64,000 bases of DNA from Harriotta raleighana (taxonomy: Eukaryota), in the NCBI GenBank assembly GCA_050575255.1, contig JBNZDD010013657.1:4173026-4237025 (forward strand), written 5' to 3'. This document shows positions 51,181 to 64,000 of the stretch, in pieces. The translations under genes were made by a program, and so were the position numbers. A model generated the notes under the pieces. The model saw only the letters and a list, made by a program, of their open reading frames with translations, had not been told where the DNA came from and ran no database searches. Within the stretch, counting starts at the first letter, position 1; every line of letters starts with the position of its first letter.

Positions 51181-51496
51181 GGCACCTGATGACCAGGCAC
51201 CCAACACCAGGACAAATCAGTGAATACAGAGAAGAGAAATTGGGAAGAGATTTAGAAAAACATTATCCATTGGAGCAATTGATGGGAGAGGTTCTTTGAG
51301 CATCTCCTGTGAGTGCTGTGGTCTGTACCTGCCTGACTGTTGCTGGTCAGTGAAAGCCGAGTGTGAGGAGAGTGCATACGAAGAGCCCAAGTCATGCCAG
51401 TACCAGGTCCTTGAAAGAATGGTCCATCATCATGGCTCAATCATTAGTACCTTCCTCTCTGGATCAGAATATTGTGAATTCAAGCCACACATGAAA

Positions 51497-51822
51497 AATA
51501 ATGATAATAATCTTTGGCATTTGACATAGCACTTTTCACGTCTTCTAGATGTCTCAAATCACTTCACAAAATATGCTGTACAGTGAATTGACTGTATATT
51601 TGTGGGGGAAACACAGCAGCCAACTGTGCATAGCAGTATCCCANATTTGTGGGGGAAACACAGCAGCCAACTGTGCATAGCATACAGTCGTGGTTTGAGT
51701 GACCAAATTCTTATTGTTTTTGTGGAGTAGGAAACTTGCCCAAGGTTTCGCCCCGCCTGTAAGCGAACCCAGCTCTCTTGTTTGTAAAGCGAATGCTCTC
51801 ACCACTGAGCTACAGGGCTCCT
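51497..51822 (-). mobile_element. tRNA-derived SINE, dominant family (contains an n join at 51644)
   Basis: Tail, core (locally duplicated at the n) and reversed head. Confidence 0.9.
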
Positions 51823-52039
51823 CATGAACATTAACTCGTCTGGATACTAATTGTATTTTAAATCCTTTGGTTGTTTTGGCTCTGTGACCTCGCTTCATAA
51901 ATTATTCCCATCTTTTCTCATACTTTGTGTGAAGACGTTTTTCCTGTTTCTCGTCCAAATTTCACTTCTCAATAATTTCTATTTGTGTGTGTCTCTCTCT
52001 TGATCTCATTGTATTGAGTTTTGTTGGAGAAACAGACTG

Positions 52040-52160
52040 GTGTTTTTGACCTGTGAGTTCACAGTGCAGACTGACACTCCAGTGCAGTACTGGGGGAGTG
52101 CTGGCATTGTCAGAGATACCGTCCTTTGCAATGAAACAGCAAAATCAACGTCCAGTTCAT
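52040..52160 (+). mobile_element. Old Deu-domain SINE fragment
   Basis: gactgacactccagtgcagtactgggggagtgctggcattgtcagagataccgtccttt matches the SacSINE1-type body. Similar pieces occur at ~62545-62670 and ~63720-63850. Confidence 0.75.
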
Positions 52161-54559
52161 GTACAGTGGGGCATCACTTACTACGTTTCCCTGTCAACTG
52201 TAACTCCTCAAGGTATGTGGTGGGCTCTGGTCCCATAGCCTGGTAGCTCTTAATACCAGAACAGATTCCCGCAGCGATGGACGATATTAACGAGGTAAAA
52301 ATGTGCATTTACCCTCGCTCCGCATCCCTTTTTATTTATTAATTAAAATAAAGAAGCAGCTGCTGTCATCTTTAAATATTCATGGAATAAACAGGTTTGA
52401 AGTTGACTTCCTGTCCTATGTTAATTGAGCACAGCTGCTCCGACTCTCCGCCTCCGACGCCTGGCTCCCTGGGGGATGAGCTTTCCCATGTTACATGTTA
52501 CGTGCATGTGCTGAATGCTCTCAGCAGGCCCGACATCATGAAGCTCTCCATTCTGGCTCATTCTGGCACACGCACACACAGCCCCTGTGCTGGGATGATT
52601 GGTTTGCTGTGGGTGACTGAGTTTTGCCATAAGACCGGCTCATGAATAATAATAATAAGAGGAATCCTCGCATTTGGTGTCGCCACCTGATCACAGCGCC
52701 AAGTTCCCTCAAAGTGCTTCACAGGATTTATTGTAAAGTGTAGTGACTGTATATTTGTAGGTGCACAAGGCAGCCGATTTGTGCCAAAGTAGCAGTTTCT
52801 CTCAAACAGCCATGAAGTGAATGAATAATTTTATCGGAGGTATTTTTGTCCAGGACACTGGGAGAAATTTTGTTTTCTTTTTGAGTACAGATAGTTGCCT
52901 TATAGTTCCAAATAGAATCCTCACTAGAGTTTGGAAATTACAGACGGAGTAACTGACTTTAATCGATCGACAGACAAGACTCAAAGCCGCCGGGCTGACC
53001 ACTAAACATGCACTTTTGGACCTGCGAGAGTGTGGCCTTCCTTGGCAGGCAAAACTGGGAAAGCAAAGGTAATCACAAATCTCCTGGAGTTCGTAGAGTA
53101 AGACCTAGAGTTTGCAATTCCGCTCCCTCAACTCTGGATCAATGGTAGCGTCATGACCCTGAGTGAAACCATTCATCTGTTCGGGATTGTCACCCGAAAC
53201 TGTTCCTTAATTAGAAACCCAACACCTTGCTGGACACCACAGACTTTACCTCCTCTCCTCCCGGTCAAACCTCTTTCGTCTGAATGTGTTTGATATGTTT
53301 TTATGATTGATTGGCAAATGCAGAATGAGTAGTTTAGAAATGACCATGGAATTGCTTCCTCTGAAGAATTGAGCTGGACGTGTAGCTGGACATGTAATCC
53401 CAAACACACGCTGGAGCGAGAAGTGCATTGGAAACTATAGCTCTGGGGTGGCGCTGACAGTTATCTTACACTCTGTTTGCCACCACATCCCACTCCCAAT
53501 GGAAAGTGACCAAATCTCTGGGTATCAGATGGCCGTACGCTCCTCTCAGAGTCACGGCTCCCGCTGCCCCACCAACATAAGCCTCTGAGTCCAGAATGGA
53601 ATGGCTCAGCCTCTGAGCGAAAGTGTGGGTTGACATCAAATTCCATCTGGTCCTAGCCCTCCAGACCTTTTGGATTTAAAGTTTTAGACTGTACAGAATT
53701 GGGGAAAATTGTTAAATCCTGACTAAATTTGGAACCCTTTTTTTAATATAACCTTCTAATGATGTTTATATCCTCTCCCAGTCTAGGTTATTGTTAGACC
53801 TTCTCTGAGACAAGACTGCTATCTAGGCCTTGCAGTTATACAGTGCACAATACTGTATATAAACCCACCGTGCGTGCTCTGACTCATGGAATCTCTGATA
53901 TGATTTGGAGTTCTTTGTGCATAAGATATCCTATGCAAGGCCTCACATTGAGAGAAAGCTTTGGAATCATATCAGAATTACCACCAATACCTCTGACACT
54001 ATTGTGCATTCAGACAAAGAGAACTTGACTTAGGTAACAAACTGCACTGTTAAAGCTGTTTCAATGCCAGAAAATTAATGCAATAACTTCAGACAAAGAT
54101 GAGAAATGTTTTACAACAATTGTGCCAAATTTCTACTGGAATAGAAGGAACCCCCAGCCATGTCATACTCTATGTCTTTCTCTCTTTCATTCTCTTTTGT
54201 ACTCACTTCTTCTCACGGTCCCTCCTCTCATTTCTCTCTTGCTCTCCCCTCCAATTCCCTCACAACTGTTTGTGTGTGAACTGTATGTGTTTCCCGTCCC
54301 CCCTTTTCCTGCTTGACATTTTCTTTTTGAAACCCTCTGTCTAATTTAAACGTTTGATTTGGGTTTAAGCACAGTGTTCCCTGGAAACATGACAGACCTT
54401 CCTACACCTCATTCTTGTATCCAAATAGTTTTCTTTATTTAACATTTTTGCAGAATTTGTATTCTTTAAATATTAGCTTGGAAACTGCGGGTGGAATTAG
54501 CCAGTCTATGGCATTTTGATATTACAATAGCATGAAATCAATAGCGTGCCCTTTATGCA

Positions 54560-54875
54560 CCCGCACTTCACTACCTATCCAATTTGCTTACCCGCACCCC
54601 CACTTCATCACTACCTCATCGTCTCCGCTTCACGATCGGCTGCCGTGCTTTCAGCCACTACCCCCCGAAGCTCAAGAACTCCTTACCTCAAACCTTCTGC
54701 CTTTCCCCCTTCCTCCTCCACTTTCAAATCCCTCCTAGGGACCACCATTTGTGATTGTGCTTCTGGTCATCCCCCATCTACCTCTCCCCCTAGCTTGGGG
54801 TCAGTCGACGCCACTATCAAGCGCTCCAGAAAGCTACCCTGTGTGAAGGGCGATTATAAATACAAGCCTTGCTTT
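54560..54875 (+). mobile_element. L2 3' fragment
   Basis: gccgtgctttcagccac..ctttcaaatccctcct..aagcgct..gtgtgaagggcgattataaatacaag. Confidence 0.75.
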
Positions 54876-56210
54876 TTTAAAAACTTTCGTTTTAAGCATA
54901 GGTTGAAACCTGAGCTCATACTTGGCTTCACGATTGCTGTATCTCGGGGTGTACATTCACCCCATAGCAACCCCAGACCAAATGCCGACTGACCCCCTAA
55001 CATGGTATTTGGGAAGAAATCCGCTCCTCAAATGAAATGTAAGAACGTGCCCTTCTGATCTCTTTGGGGATGACAATAACATTAATCACTATTTACATGA
55101 CACGACTGCACAATCTGTTGCAGTGCGCACCAGACATTAACCGAAGATATGACACTCTTCACTGCACACTGGCTGGGCTAGAGCTGCGCAGTTTAATATA
55201 ATGACGTGATCTATAACACTGCTCTGAGAGCACGTTCAAATCCCAGCACCCCCCCCCCCCACCCCCACACTTAATACCTGTGGCTATTCATTTCATTACA
55301 GTGTGTGTGAGAGAGTGGTGGGTGGGGGGGGCTGTTCCTAGTTTAGATTAGCAGCTGTGTGTAACAAAAAAAATCAAACTTTATGTGAAAGAAAATCGTA
55401 TAAGCATTTTGAGCTATGTTGATGAGGCAAACAAAACATTCCACAATGCCACATTGGAATTGACATTGTCCTGCGCTTCTCTCAAGGTCCCAGGCACTAA
55501 ACATTGTCTCTAGCACAGACACCGTGCAGTCATTCTCTATCTCCAGTTGCATTATACTGTATCTATCTTCAATCCCAATCTCGATCCATCTGTTTATCGC
55601 CCCCCCATCTATCATTTCGCCGGCCGATAGTGACTGAAAGCAGGAACTGGAACGAATGCTCGTCCACGTTAACCTGCGAGTAGGTGGCTATACGAATGCA
55701 AGCGGTTGTTGTATTGTGTCGTGACCTTACGTGGATTGCACATGTTCACAACACAAACTAGTAACTGGCGGGCCTCACAGTGATCCCAAGTGCTCGGTGA
55801 TAAGCTTCTGTTTCCATCTCCCGACACAAACAATCTGCCCGTGGGCGTGAGGTGCAGTGTTCCCTCATGTTAGCGTGACACACGTCCATGTTACTGGCTG
55901 GATTTACCACATTTCTGTTACTGATATCTCGTTTTAGATTCCAGTGTTCTCCGGCCACTGGCCACCGGCCACCTCCCTGCTGCTCCCTGAAGCGCATAAG
56001 GCGCTTCTTCAATTAATGAATCGGCTGCTACGCAACATCAGTGAGAAACCACATCTGACTCTAGTAACACAGCCATCAGCACCAATATCGATCTGTATCA
56101 GCACATTTTCCATCAATGCTACATGCTGTCTGTTACACCCAGGAGATCACAGATCAGGGACACTCTGACTGCATCTTGGACATACTCAACAAACATATAC
56201 ATAATAATAA

Positions 56211-56363
56211 CAATCAATCAATCAAATTACATTTATATAGCGCCTTTCTCTCGTCGGGAGGATGTCCCGAGGTGCTGTACAGTCAAGTAGGGATCAGAGC
56301 GGGGGTGGGGTAGGGTCGGGGGAAGGAAAGTAGAAAAAATTGACTGTATATTTGTGGGTGAAA
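56211..56363 (-). mobile_element. Chimeric SINE-core/L2-tail element
   Basis: Same structure as 28549-28714. Confidence 0.8.
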
Positions 56364-57487
56364 TCCAAATTTCGCAATCCTTGCATTTGATATGATGCCT
56401 GATCACGTCGTCCAGACTCCTCACTGGACATATTCTAAAGTGAATTGACTGTATATATTTTGTTGGCAGTGAATTGCACGCAGCAGTGTCCCACAAACGG
56501 TCAGAAATGGAGTGACCAAATTGTTATTGCTTTTATTTAGATATTTTTGGAAAGGATTATTACCCCCGGAAAGCCGAACTACTAAACAACAGGGTTTCCA
56601 TTCTCTGCAAGGTAAATAGAGGTATGTGGAGTCTGGAAATTCACCTAAATTTTTCGCCCTGCACAGGAATCTCGTTTGTGAAGGGGGTGCTCAACAACAA
56701 CAACAATGAAATTACACTTGTATCGCACCTTTCACGTCAGGAGACTGTCCCAAACCAATAAGCCACTGAACTACCTAATACTGTACATGGATAGTTTGTG
56801 CACTTTTCTCTCAAACCAGATCTCTGACACACTGGGTCCACAGTTAATACAGCTCCTTCGCTAAGCACTAAATAAAATGATTTGAAGCGTGAAACTATGG
56901 TGTTTGAAGTGCACAATGATTCACATGGTACTCCACTGTCTTACATCATTCACCTGCCCATCAAACAGTCGTGCTTTCTCCTCTGTTCATTTTCTTCCAA
57001 TTAGCGAATTAGATGGGTCATTTAGTAAATCTGCAGCGTCAGGCAGATATTGAGTGAGACACACCAGAGGAATTGATGAGACATCACTAAGTAGTGACTC
57101 CTGTTCTCCGCTTGGAGAATCTAAAACACAAAACACACAGTCACTCCACTGGGTTTCACAATGTCGGCTCGGCACCCGAGCTAGGGGTGGGAGCCAAGGG
57201 AGGTGGGGAGGGCAATGATCACCAAAAGCACAGTTAAAGAGGTCACGGTGCTGTGCGCGGTTGGCTGCCGCATTTCGTCCACAAAACACAAAGTACCAAC
57301 ACTTTGCAGTATATGCTGTGAAGCGCTTTAAGACGTCTCAAAGGCGTGATGAGTCACTATATCATATGCAAGGATTATTATTATCTGAATCAGAGGCAAA
57401 GCAAACAATTCTTTGGCAAATTCAGAGGCAAATTCAAACAACAATGGCGCATTGTTCAGGCCAAGCCTGGGGACTAAACCATTCCTG

Positions 57488-57822
57488 GATAATAATAATA
57501 ATAATCCTTGCATTTGATATAGCGCTTTTCACCTCTTATCGACGTCTCAAAGCGCTTCACAGAATGTACCGTAAAGTGAATTGACTGTATATTTGTGGGC
57601 GAAATGCGGCAGCTAATTGCGGACAGCAGTGTCCCAAAAACAGTCATGGATTAAAATGACCAATTTTTATTATTGTGTTGTTTTTGGACGGATTATTATT
57701 AGGTGATTATTATTAGTAGTAGTAAGGAAACTTGCCCAAGGTTTCACCCTGATCTGCCTGGATTCGAACACAGATCTCACACTTGTAAAGCAAGTGCTCT
57801 AATCACTGAGCTACAGGAGCTC
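57488..57822 (-). mobile_element. tRNA-derived SINE, dominant family, full length
   Basis: (ata)n tail, core and reversed head ..gagctacaggagctc. Confidence 0.95.
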
Positions 57823-60426
57823 TAAACATCTAAAAGAAACACAAATGTTTAGCACTGAAGGAGACAATTGTCTTATTGCTTCTGTACCACAACCACCTGT
57901 TAGTTTAAGTCGTCTATTTAAAAAAAATTATTGATATTGCACTACCCTAAACAAAGTGCTTATTCATTTTCTGGTATGTGTCTGACTTGTTAGAATTCTG
58001 ATTAATTTTGAGTTCTAATAATTTTCAGAAGTGACGGCTTAAGTAGGGTAATTATTGTGCTTACAGAACACATTCATTTGCAGTTAATGCCTGTCGTATA
58101 ACAGTCATATAACATTTACGGTTAATGACAGGGTTCAAGCTCTTTTGCTGCAAGAGTTTTGTTTCCTTATTGCCTATGTGTTTCATTTTCCACCCCAGAA
58201 CAATTGCCTGGTCCTAGAGCAGAGCTAATCTTGCTAATCTGCGACTAATACACTCTGGAAACAGGACGTGTTGCTTTAGGGAGACAGTGTGGAAACCATT
58301 CCGATAAATACCATGGAAATATTCATGCATAGGTTGGATGGCTTGGTTTGGATGCTCTTAAGCATGGTGATGGGTTTCCATCACTAAGCATGTGTTAGTC
58401 AACCAGCTGACTCTCCCGCCCACCCCCCAAAAAAAAAATCCTGACTACTATAAAACCTGGAAGTAAACCTAGTATTGTATCAGGACTTCCCCAAACTCTA
58501 AGCCTAATTAGGAGAAATGTGTGCTGGCCTGTTCCCCATGTTTGTGTACGGTGCTAATTTCCGGTCTCGCCTCATTCCTTCGTTCCATTGCTGCGCTTCT
58601 CTCCCGCTCAATAAAGCGTCTGACCATCCTGAAATATGCTGTTGACAAAGAAGATGGATCGATTGTCTGAAGATTAGACACTGGATTGTGTGAGAGCCAG
58701 AAGCAGGGACTGATGGAGTGCTTTATTGACATGCTCTGTTGACTGAGCTGTTTAGAAGAGATTACATTCAAGTTGTAAATTGTACAAATCACTAAGTTTC
58801 TACAATAGACACAACAGAAAAAAAAGGGGTAATAGTTTACTCCTATGCAATATGCATTAACTCCTTTAGTTGTAAAGCAGTAAACAGGGTCTAGGGTCCC
58901 TCAATCCATAACAACTTTGAAATGTTTTGTATTTAACATTGCAAGTATGGTTCAGTTTTTTCATTTGTCTACAAAGAAAAAAATACCTGGTCAATTCAAT
59001 CCACGAATGTTTGTGAGACACTGCTGTGAGCAATTGGCTGGTGCAATTTTTCCCACAAAATAGTCGATTCACTTCACAATATATTCTGTGAAGCACTTTG
59101 AGACGTTGGAACAATACCAAATGCAAGGATTACTATCACTACAACGTGAGTTTACTACATGGTACAGATTTTGTGATAAATTCCCCAAGCTCCTTCCCAT
59201 GGGAATAGAATCACTTCAAGACTGGGAACAGTCACTTACTATTTTAGCTCAGGCATTTATCACTGCTCTTTCTTCGTCACAGATCACTATCCTCATACTC
59301 CCTACCTGACACCATTGTAAGAGATAAGATCACCATTGGCAAAGGAGTGCAGAGTTTTAAAGGGAACAATCATCATCATCTCCTCAGGGCAGAGTGGGAT
59401 AGGCAATTAATGCTTATCCCTTCCAGCATTGTTTACATCTAGAGAATGAACGAAACAAAAGCTGGAGTACTCTAATGCTATCACATCAGCGAGTGTGACA
59501 CAAACCAAAGAAGCGTAATCATTGCTGCCCAGCTTGTTGCTCTCGGCCCTGTTAATCCATTAGGCCTCCCACATCAAGTGCTTACACCAACATAACATCA
59601 GCAGCATTGGATAGAGCCCACTGATTAACTGTGTTTTAGTTGTTTTAGACTAGACCTGGCCTATAGGAAACAACATGCAGCTGAATCACAGCTCAGGGTC
59701 ACAACAACACATTATATGAATTGTTTCTTCATCAAAAGTAATTTGGTTATACAGTAAAAGCAATAGAAGAGGCATGGTATAGATGCAGCTCTGAAGACAG
59801 ATTTGAGAAGTTAAGGGCTAGCTATATATATATTTTTTTACTACGGCTGAGATGGTTAAGGGGCTGCNTGCAGCTCTGAAGACAGATTTGAGAAGTTAAG
59901 GGCTAGCTATATATATATATTTTTTTTACTAAGGCTGAGATGGTTAAGGGGCTGCTCTGCTAGAGGTTTTCAAGATTAGGAAATGTTTGGCCAGAATAAA
60001 TACTGATAGATTATTTCCACTATTGGATTGAGGCACAAATTCAGCAAATTCATTTTAGTCAATTTATTCTCAGCAATGTTTCTCAAGACGGGTTTAACCA
60101 GAGGCTGGTTGGCTGGCCAGGACCTTGGGAGGAACTCTTCTCAGATGTTCTTTTTGGTCAGCCTGATGTCTGAAACACGCAGAAACCCATCACCAACCAT
60201 TCATAGCATCCAAACCAGACTGAGATTTCTAGGCATCTCACCTACACATGAAAATTCCAGAGAAAGATTGTTGGAATCGAATGTGCACTGTCTCCATTGG
60301 AGGGACGCCTTCCGCAAGCCTAACTCTGGAATGAATGAGTCGCAATTTAGCAAGAGAAGGGGCGGAAGTTCCACTCTCCCTTTCATTTTCTACCAATCAA
60401 ATCTGAGGCTGCTAATCGGGAAGGGA

Positions 60427-60445
60427 GCATTGCCACCTAGTGGTC
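60427..60445 (-). promoter_or_regulatory. CTCF consensus motif
   Basis: Reverse complement gaCCACTAGGTGGCAAtgc. Confidence 0.55.
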
Positions 60446-60499
60446 TATTACACGATGACAAGCTTTAACAAATCGTGGGGTTACTACTATTACAACCAA

Positions 60500-60788
60500 T
60501 AACAATAATCCTTGGATTTTGATATAATGCTTTTCATGTCTTCTAGGCATCTCAAGCGCTTCACAGAATATACTGTACAAGTGACTTGACTGTATATTTG
60601 TGGGCGAAACGTGGCAGCCAATTGCACACAGCAGTGTCCTACAAACAGTTGTGGATTAAGTGACCAAATGCGTTTTTTTGGGAGTGATTATTATTAGGCA
60701 TCTGGAGGAAGGAAACTCGCCCAAGGTTTCACCCTGCTGGGAACTGAACCCAGGTCTCCTGCTTGTACCACTGAGCTAAAGGACTCCA
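60500..60788 (-). mobile_element. tRNA-derived SINE, dominant family
   Basis: Tail, core and reversed head ..gagctaaaggactcc. Confidence 0.92.
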
Positions 60789-60949
60789 CTAACAGCACCT
60801 CAATCCAAGCTAACAGGATTCTATGCTAAAATGACATTTTTTTGTCATTATTTTACTTAAACTCCTCTGAATCTTCCTCTGTCTCTCCAAACTCCAGGTC
60901 TTATATCCCAAATTCCGAATACAGTAAATAGTGTTAGCCTTAAGACTAT

Positions 60950-61310
60950 GGATATTGAGACAAAACATGAATATGCTGTTTTCACTTGTTAGGTAAGTCA
61001 AAAAGTGGGGCGAGTGGTGGGGCATAGTTATAAAATAATTATTAACAGATCTAAAAGAGAGTAGAGGAGGATCTTCTTTAAAACAAGGGTTGCTAAGAAT
61101 GAGGAAATCGCTGCCAGTCACTGTGGTAGAAGCAAAAAGCATCAATGTATTTAAAAGGACAATTGATGCAGACATGAGGGAGAAAGCAATAAAGAGGTAC
61201 AGTATAAAGTGATAGAGAGGGGATTACAGGTGGGACAATTGGGAGCGGTGGAGGCCCTTGTGGAATAGAAATGCCAATTTTCTGTTTCTGTGCTGTAATA
61301 TTCTATGGAA
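60950..61310 (+). mobile_element. CR1 3' fragment
   Basis: gggcatagttataaaata..ttctttaaacaagggttgctaagaatgaggaaatcgctgcc..gtatttaaaaggacaattgat. Confidence 0.8.
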
Positions 61311-63332
61311 TGCTGTGTAAAATTTTAAGATTTTACAGAATTTTAAAGAGATTTAAATTTATATTTAATTTGTAAAATGGAAAACTAGAATTATCCCAAA
61401 TCCTACACATTTCCAATTCTAAGAGTGGTCTTAACACCAAGGTTCTGAAGGAATTTGAATCTCTGATCCAGTCCCTGGAAACTCATTCCATTCCTCAACA
61501 TTGACATCAGTCACCTTGATAAGCACACAAATTGCCCACTGAAAACAGCAATGTAACCCAAGGGGATAGCAAGGATTCGGAGAGAATAATAGAAACATAG
61601 AATGCATTCCTTCCACAATCTTTTCAAACTCTTTGTAGTATTACTTATGCCTATATAGATTCACGCAATTTAATTTCCAAACCCTCATGCGCGTTCTCCA
61701 ACCATGCAGGGTTGGTTTAATTGGTCACAGTGAGGCCGAGATTAAGGTTTGGCTGAAGCAATCTAAGCTGCCCCTGCAGCGTTAGCTAATACTAGAACTC
61801 CCAATCCATTGCTTCTAGACTTCCCGAGGAATTTTGTTCTAAAGTCTTTTGGGAAATAAAGCAGAACAGCTGCTCAGAAAGACGTGTTTGGTCAGAAGGC
61901 TGAGTCCGGCCTAATGTCTCAGGCTGAAGGTGACCTTTGAACAGTTACTAGCCTAGTTATCTCCCTGTTGTTTCCCTAGTAACTGCAAAGCTTCTTCTGA
62001 TTCCAGTGCTGTTATTTCGTGCCACTGTTGCCGCGGCAATTGAGACAAGTGAAATGTAACTGAACATAACTGTGAACACTGTTGTTTAGTGAACATGGCC
62101 GAGAAAAGAATTGAATAATAAAGATCCCAGAATAATTGAATCAATGACCCCAGAGTTGACTCCGGTTTGGAAACAAGCAATCAAATTTCTTCATTTGCTA
62201 ATTTTCTCCTCTCCTCTTCTAGTATTTGAGAGTATTTGACTCAGTTTTCCTTCTAATGGATATCATGTAATTTCAGGTGTCTCGCCCAAGTAATCTTTTG
62301 TTATGTAAGTGAGCCTTCACAGTGATTCTCAGCAGGGTATGTATCCCAAGTCACTCTTTAGCACCAGATCCTCAATGTGATTCTTCAAGTCTTGCACAAT
62401 AAACAACTATCTACGGATCTTTGCACCTTACCGAACCTTTTTAAAATTGTGAGATCTGAGAAGGAGAAGGATTCGCAAAGTCTAAAGCGTGCCACCCAAA
62501 TCAGTTCGCAGCGGTTTCTCTGCATTTGATGGCTGTTTGCCAGGTCGGTTGTGGGTTCAAGCCCCATGTTAGGACTTGCGATCTCAGTTTAGACTGACGG
62601 TTCAGTGCAACACTGGGGGAGTTTTGCAATACTCAAGATGGCATCCTACGGAAGAGACGTTAAACTGACCTCTGAGACATCTCTATCTAAAACTGATGAT
62701 CTCGAGCTATCTCCTTGTTCCATTTAGCTCATACATCTTATACTACTGGGAAACGGTATGTGACAAGAGAACTTGCACATCCCTTGCGCGCTTTAAACTT
62801 CCCCTTTGGCAAACTCTATCCCTTCTATGGAGAACATGCAACTGCTATTTTTACTGCCTGTGTGCAGCACCTTGCATTTGTCTGTAATGAAATTACAAAT
62901 TGTGTAGGACATACTCACTACATATCAAAGCATGGGAATGTGACTAATTGCTGAACATTTGCATATTTAAATATGATTAATTGGAAAAACCTTGCATTCT
63001 GATTAAAAATAACATTTACTAATGAATAGTCAAGAGTATAATCAATAAAGGACATGGTATCACTGGACAGTATTAATTCTGCCAAATTCTGCATGTGACT
63101 CAGATTGATCAGAGAATTAATTGTTCTACAGCAGAACCCAAATATTTATTTAATATTTTTAATATTTAAATATATAATATATATTAAATATTTGATATAG
63201 AGGCACTATATCAAATGCAAGGATTATTATAACCCTTGTCCTCTTTTTTTTTGTAGGCGAAAGAGGCAGCCAATTTTATGCACAGAATCAATCCACGAAC
63301 AACCTTCTAGAGTCCATAAACACAGAAATCTA

Positions 63333-63605
63333 TAATAATAATCCTTGTCTTTGATATAGTGTTGATCACATCTTGTAGATGTCTCAAAGCACTTCACAGA
63401 ATATACTGTTTATTTGTGGGCGAAATGTGGCAGCCAATTGCGCACAGCAGTGTTCAACGAACAGTGTGCATTGAAGTGACCAATTTATTATTGTTTTTCT
63501 TCTTGAAGGATTATTATCAAGTGTGATGAGTAAGGAAGCTTGCCCAAGGTTTTGCTCAGCAGAAATCGAACCTAGGTCTCTCACTTGCGAGGCGAATGCT
63601 CTAAA
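63333..63605 (-). mobile_element. tRNA-derived SINE, dominant family
   Basis: Tail, core and partial head. Confidence 0.9.
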
Positions 63606-63862
63606 TCTGTGCAGGATAAGGCTGTGGCTTTCAGTCCAGAGTGACACCCCAAATTTAAATGTTCCGGGATGCTATCCAGAGCGAAGGGCAACATATAAAT
63701 GCAAGTTGTTGTTGTAGTGGAGTTCGGAGGGCTGCATTGTTGGAGGATCCTTTGGATGAGATGAGATGATTGGATGAACTGAGGTCCCACCGGCTTGTTC
63801 AGATGTTGAAGATCTCTGTTGGCTCTATTGTAAAAGAGTAAGGAATTTAATCTAGGTCGTGT

Positions 63863-64000
63863 GGAGTCCTATAGCTCAGTGCTCAGAGCACTCGCCTTAC
63901 AAGCAAGATACCTGGGTTCAATCCCAGGCAAGTTTCCTTAACTCCACATGCCAGATAATAATCCCTCTAAAAAAATTTAAGTAAATTGACCATTCCATTC
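63863..64000 (+). mobile_element. tRNA-derived SINE head (runs off the window)
   Basis: ggagtcctatagctcagtgctcagagcactcgccttacaag..gggttcaatccc. Confidence 0.9.

Noticed and set aside
60028-60468. 146-aa plus-strand ORF
   Set aside because: Non-ATG start, no recognisable domain, and no supporting splice structure.
1-64000. Known miRNA, snRNA or rRNA genes, CRISPR arrays, prokaryotic operons
   Set aside because: No recognisable mature miRNA or structural RNA sequence was seen by eye, and there is no repeat-spacer array. The sequence is eukaryotic.

Overview
This is vertebrate, non-coding, repeat-rich DNA, very probably from a cartilaginous fish and possibly a chimaera. That assignment is inferred from the repeats: CR1/HER1-type and L2 LINE 3' fragments, old Deu-domain SINEs, and about 25-30 copies of a young tRNA-headed, L2-tailed SINE. 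I cannot support any protein-coding gene. The ORF track is explained by SINE or LINE read-through, microsatellites, chance and assembly duplications. The window looks like a large intron or gene desert, with several repeat-free, motif-rich blocks that may be conserved non-coding elements (CNEs). The most notable structures are: a CpG-rich 951-bp pogo/Tigger-type non-autonomous DNA transposon (5391-6345); a recurrent chimeric SINE whose tail is swapped for that of a local L2; a divergent CTCF motif pair at 36.8 kb with convergent partners on both sides; a five-fold CCAAT array upstream of a TATA box; a candidate minus-strand small exon at 34.6 kb; and several palindromes or inverted duplications that suggest template switching. 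Near-identical duplications flanking N characters are treated as assembly artefacts. I found no unambiguous new protein-based system. Family names come from recalled motifs, not database searches, and most repeat boundaries are approximate.
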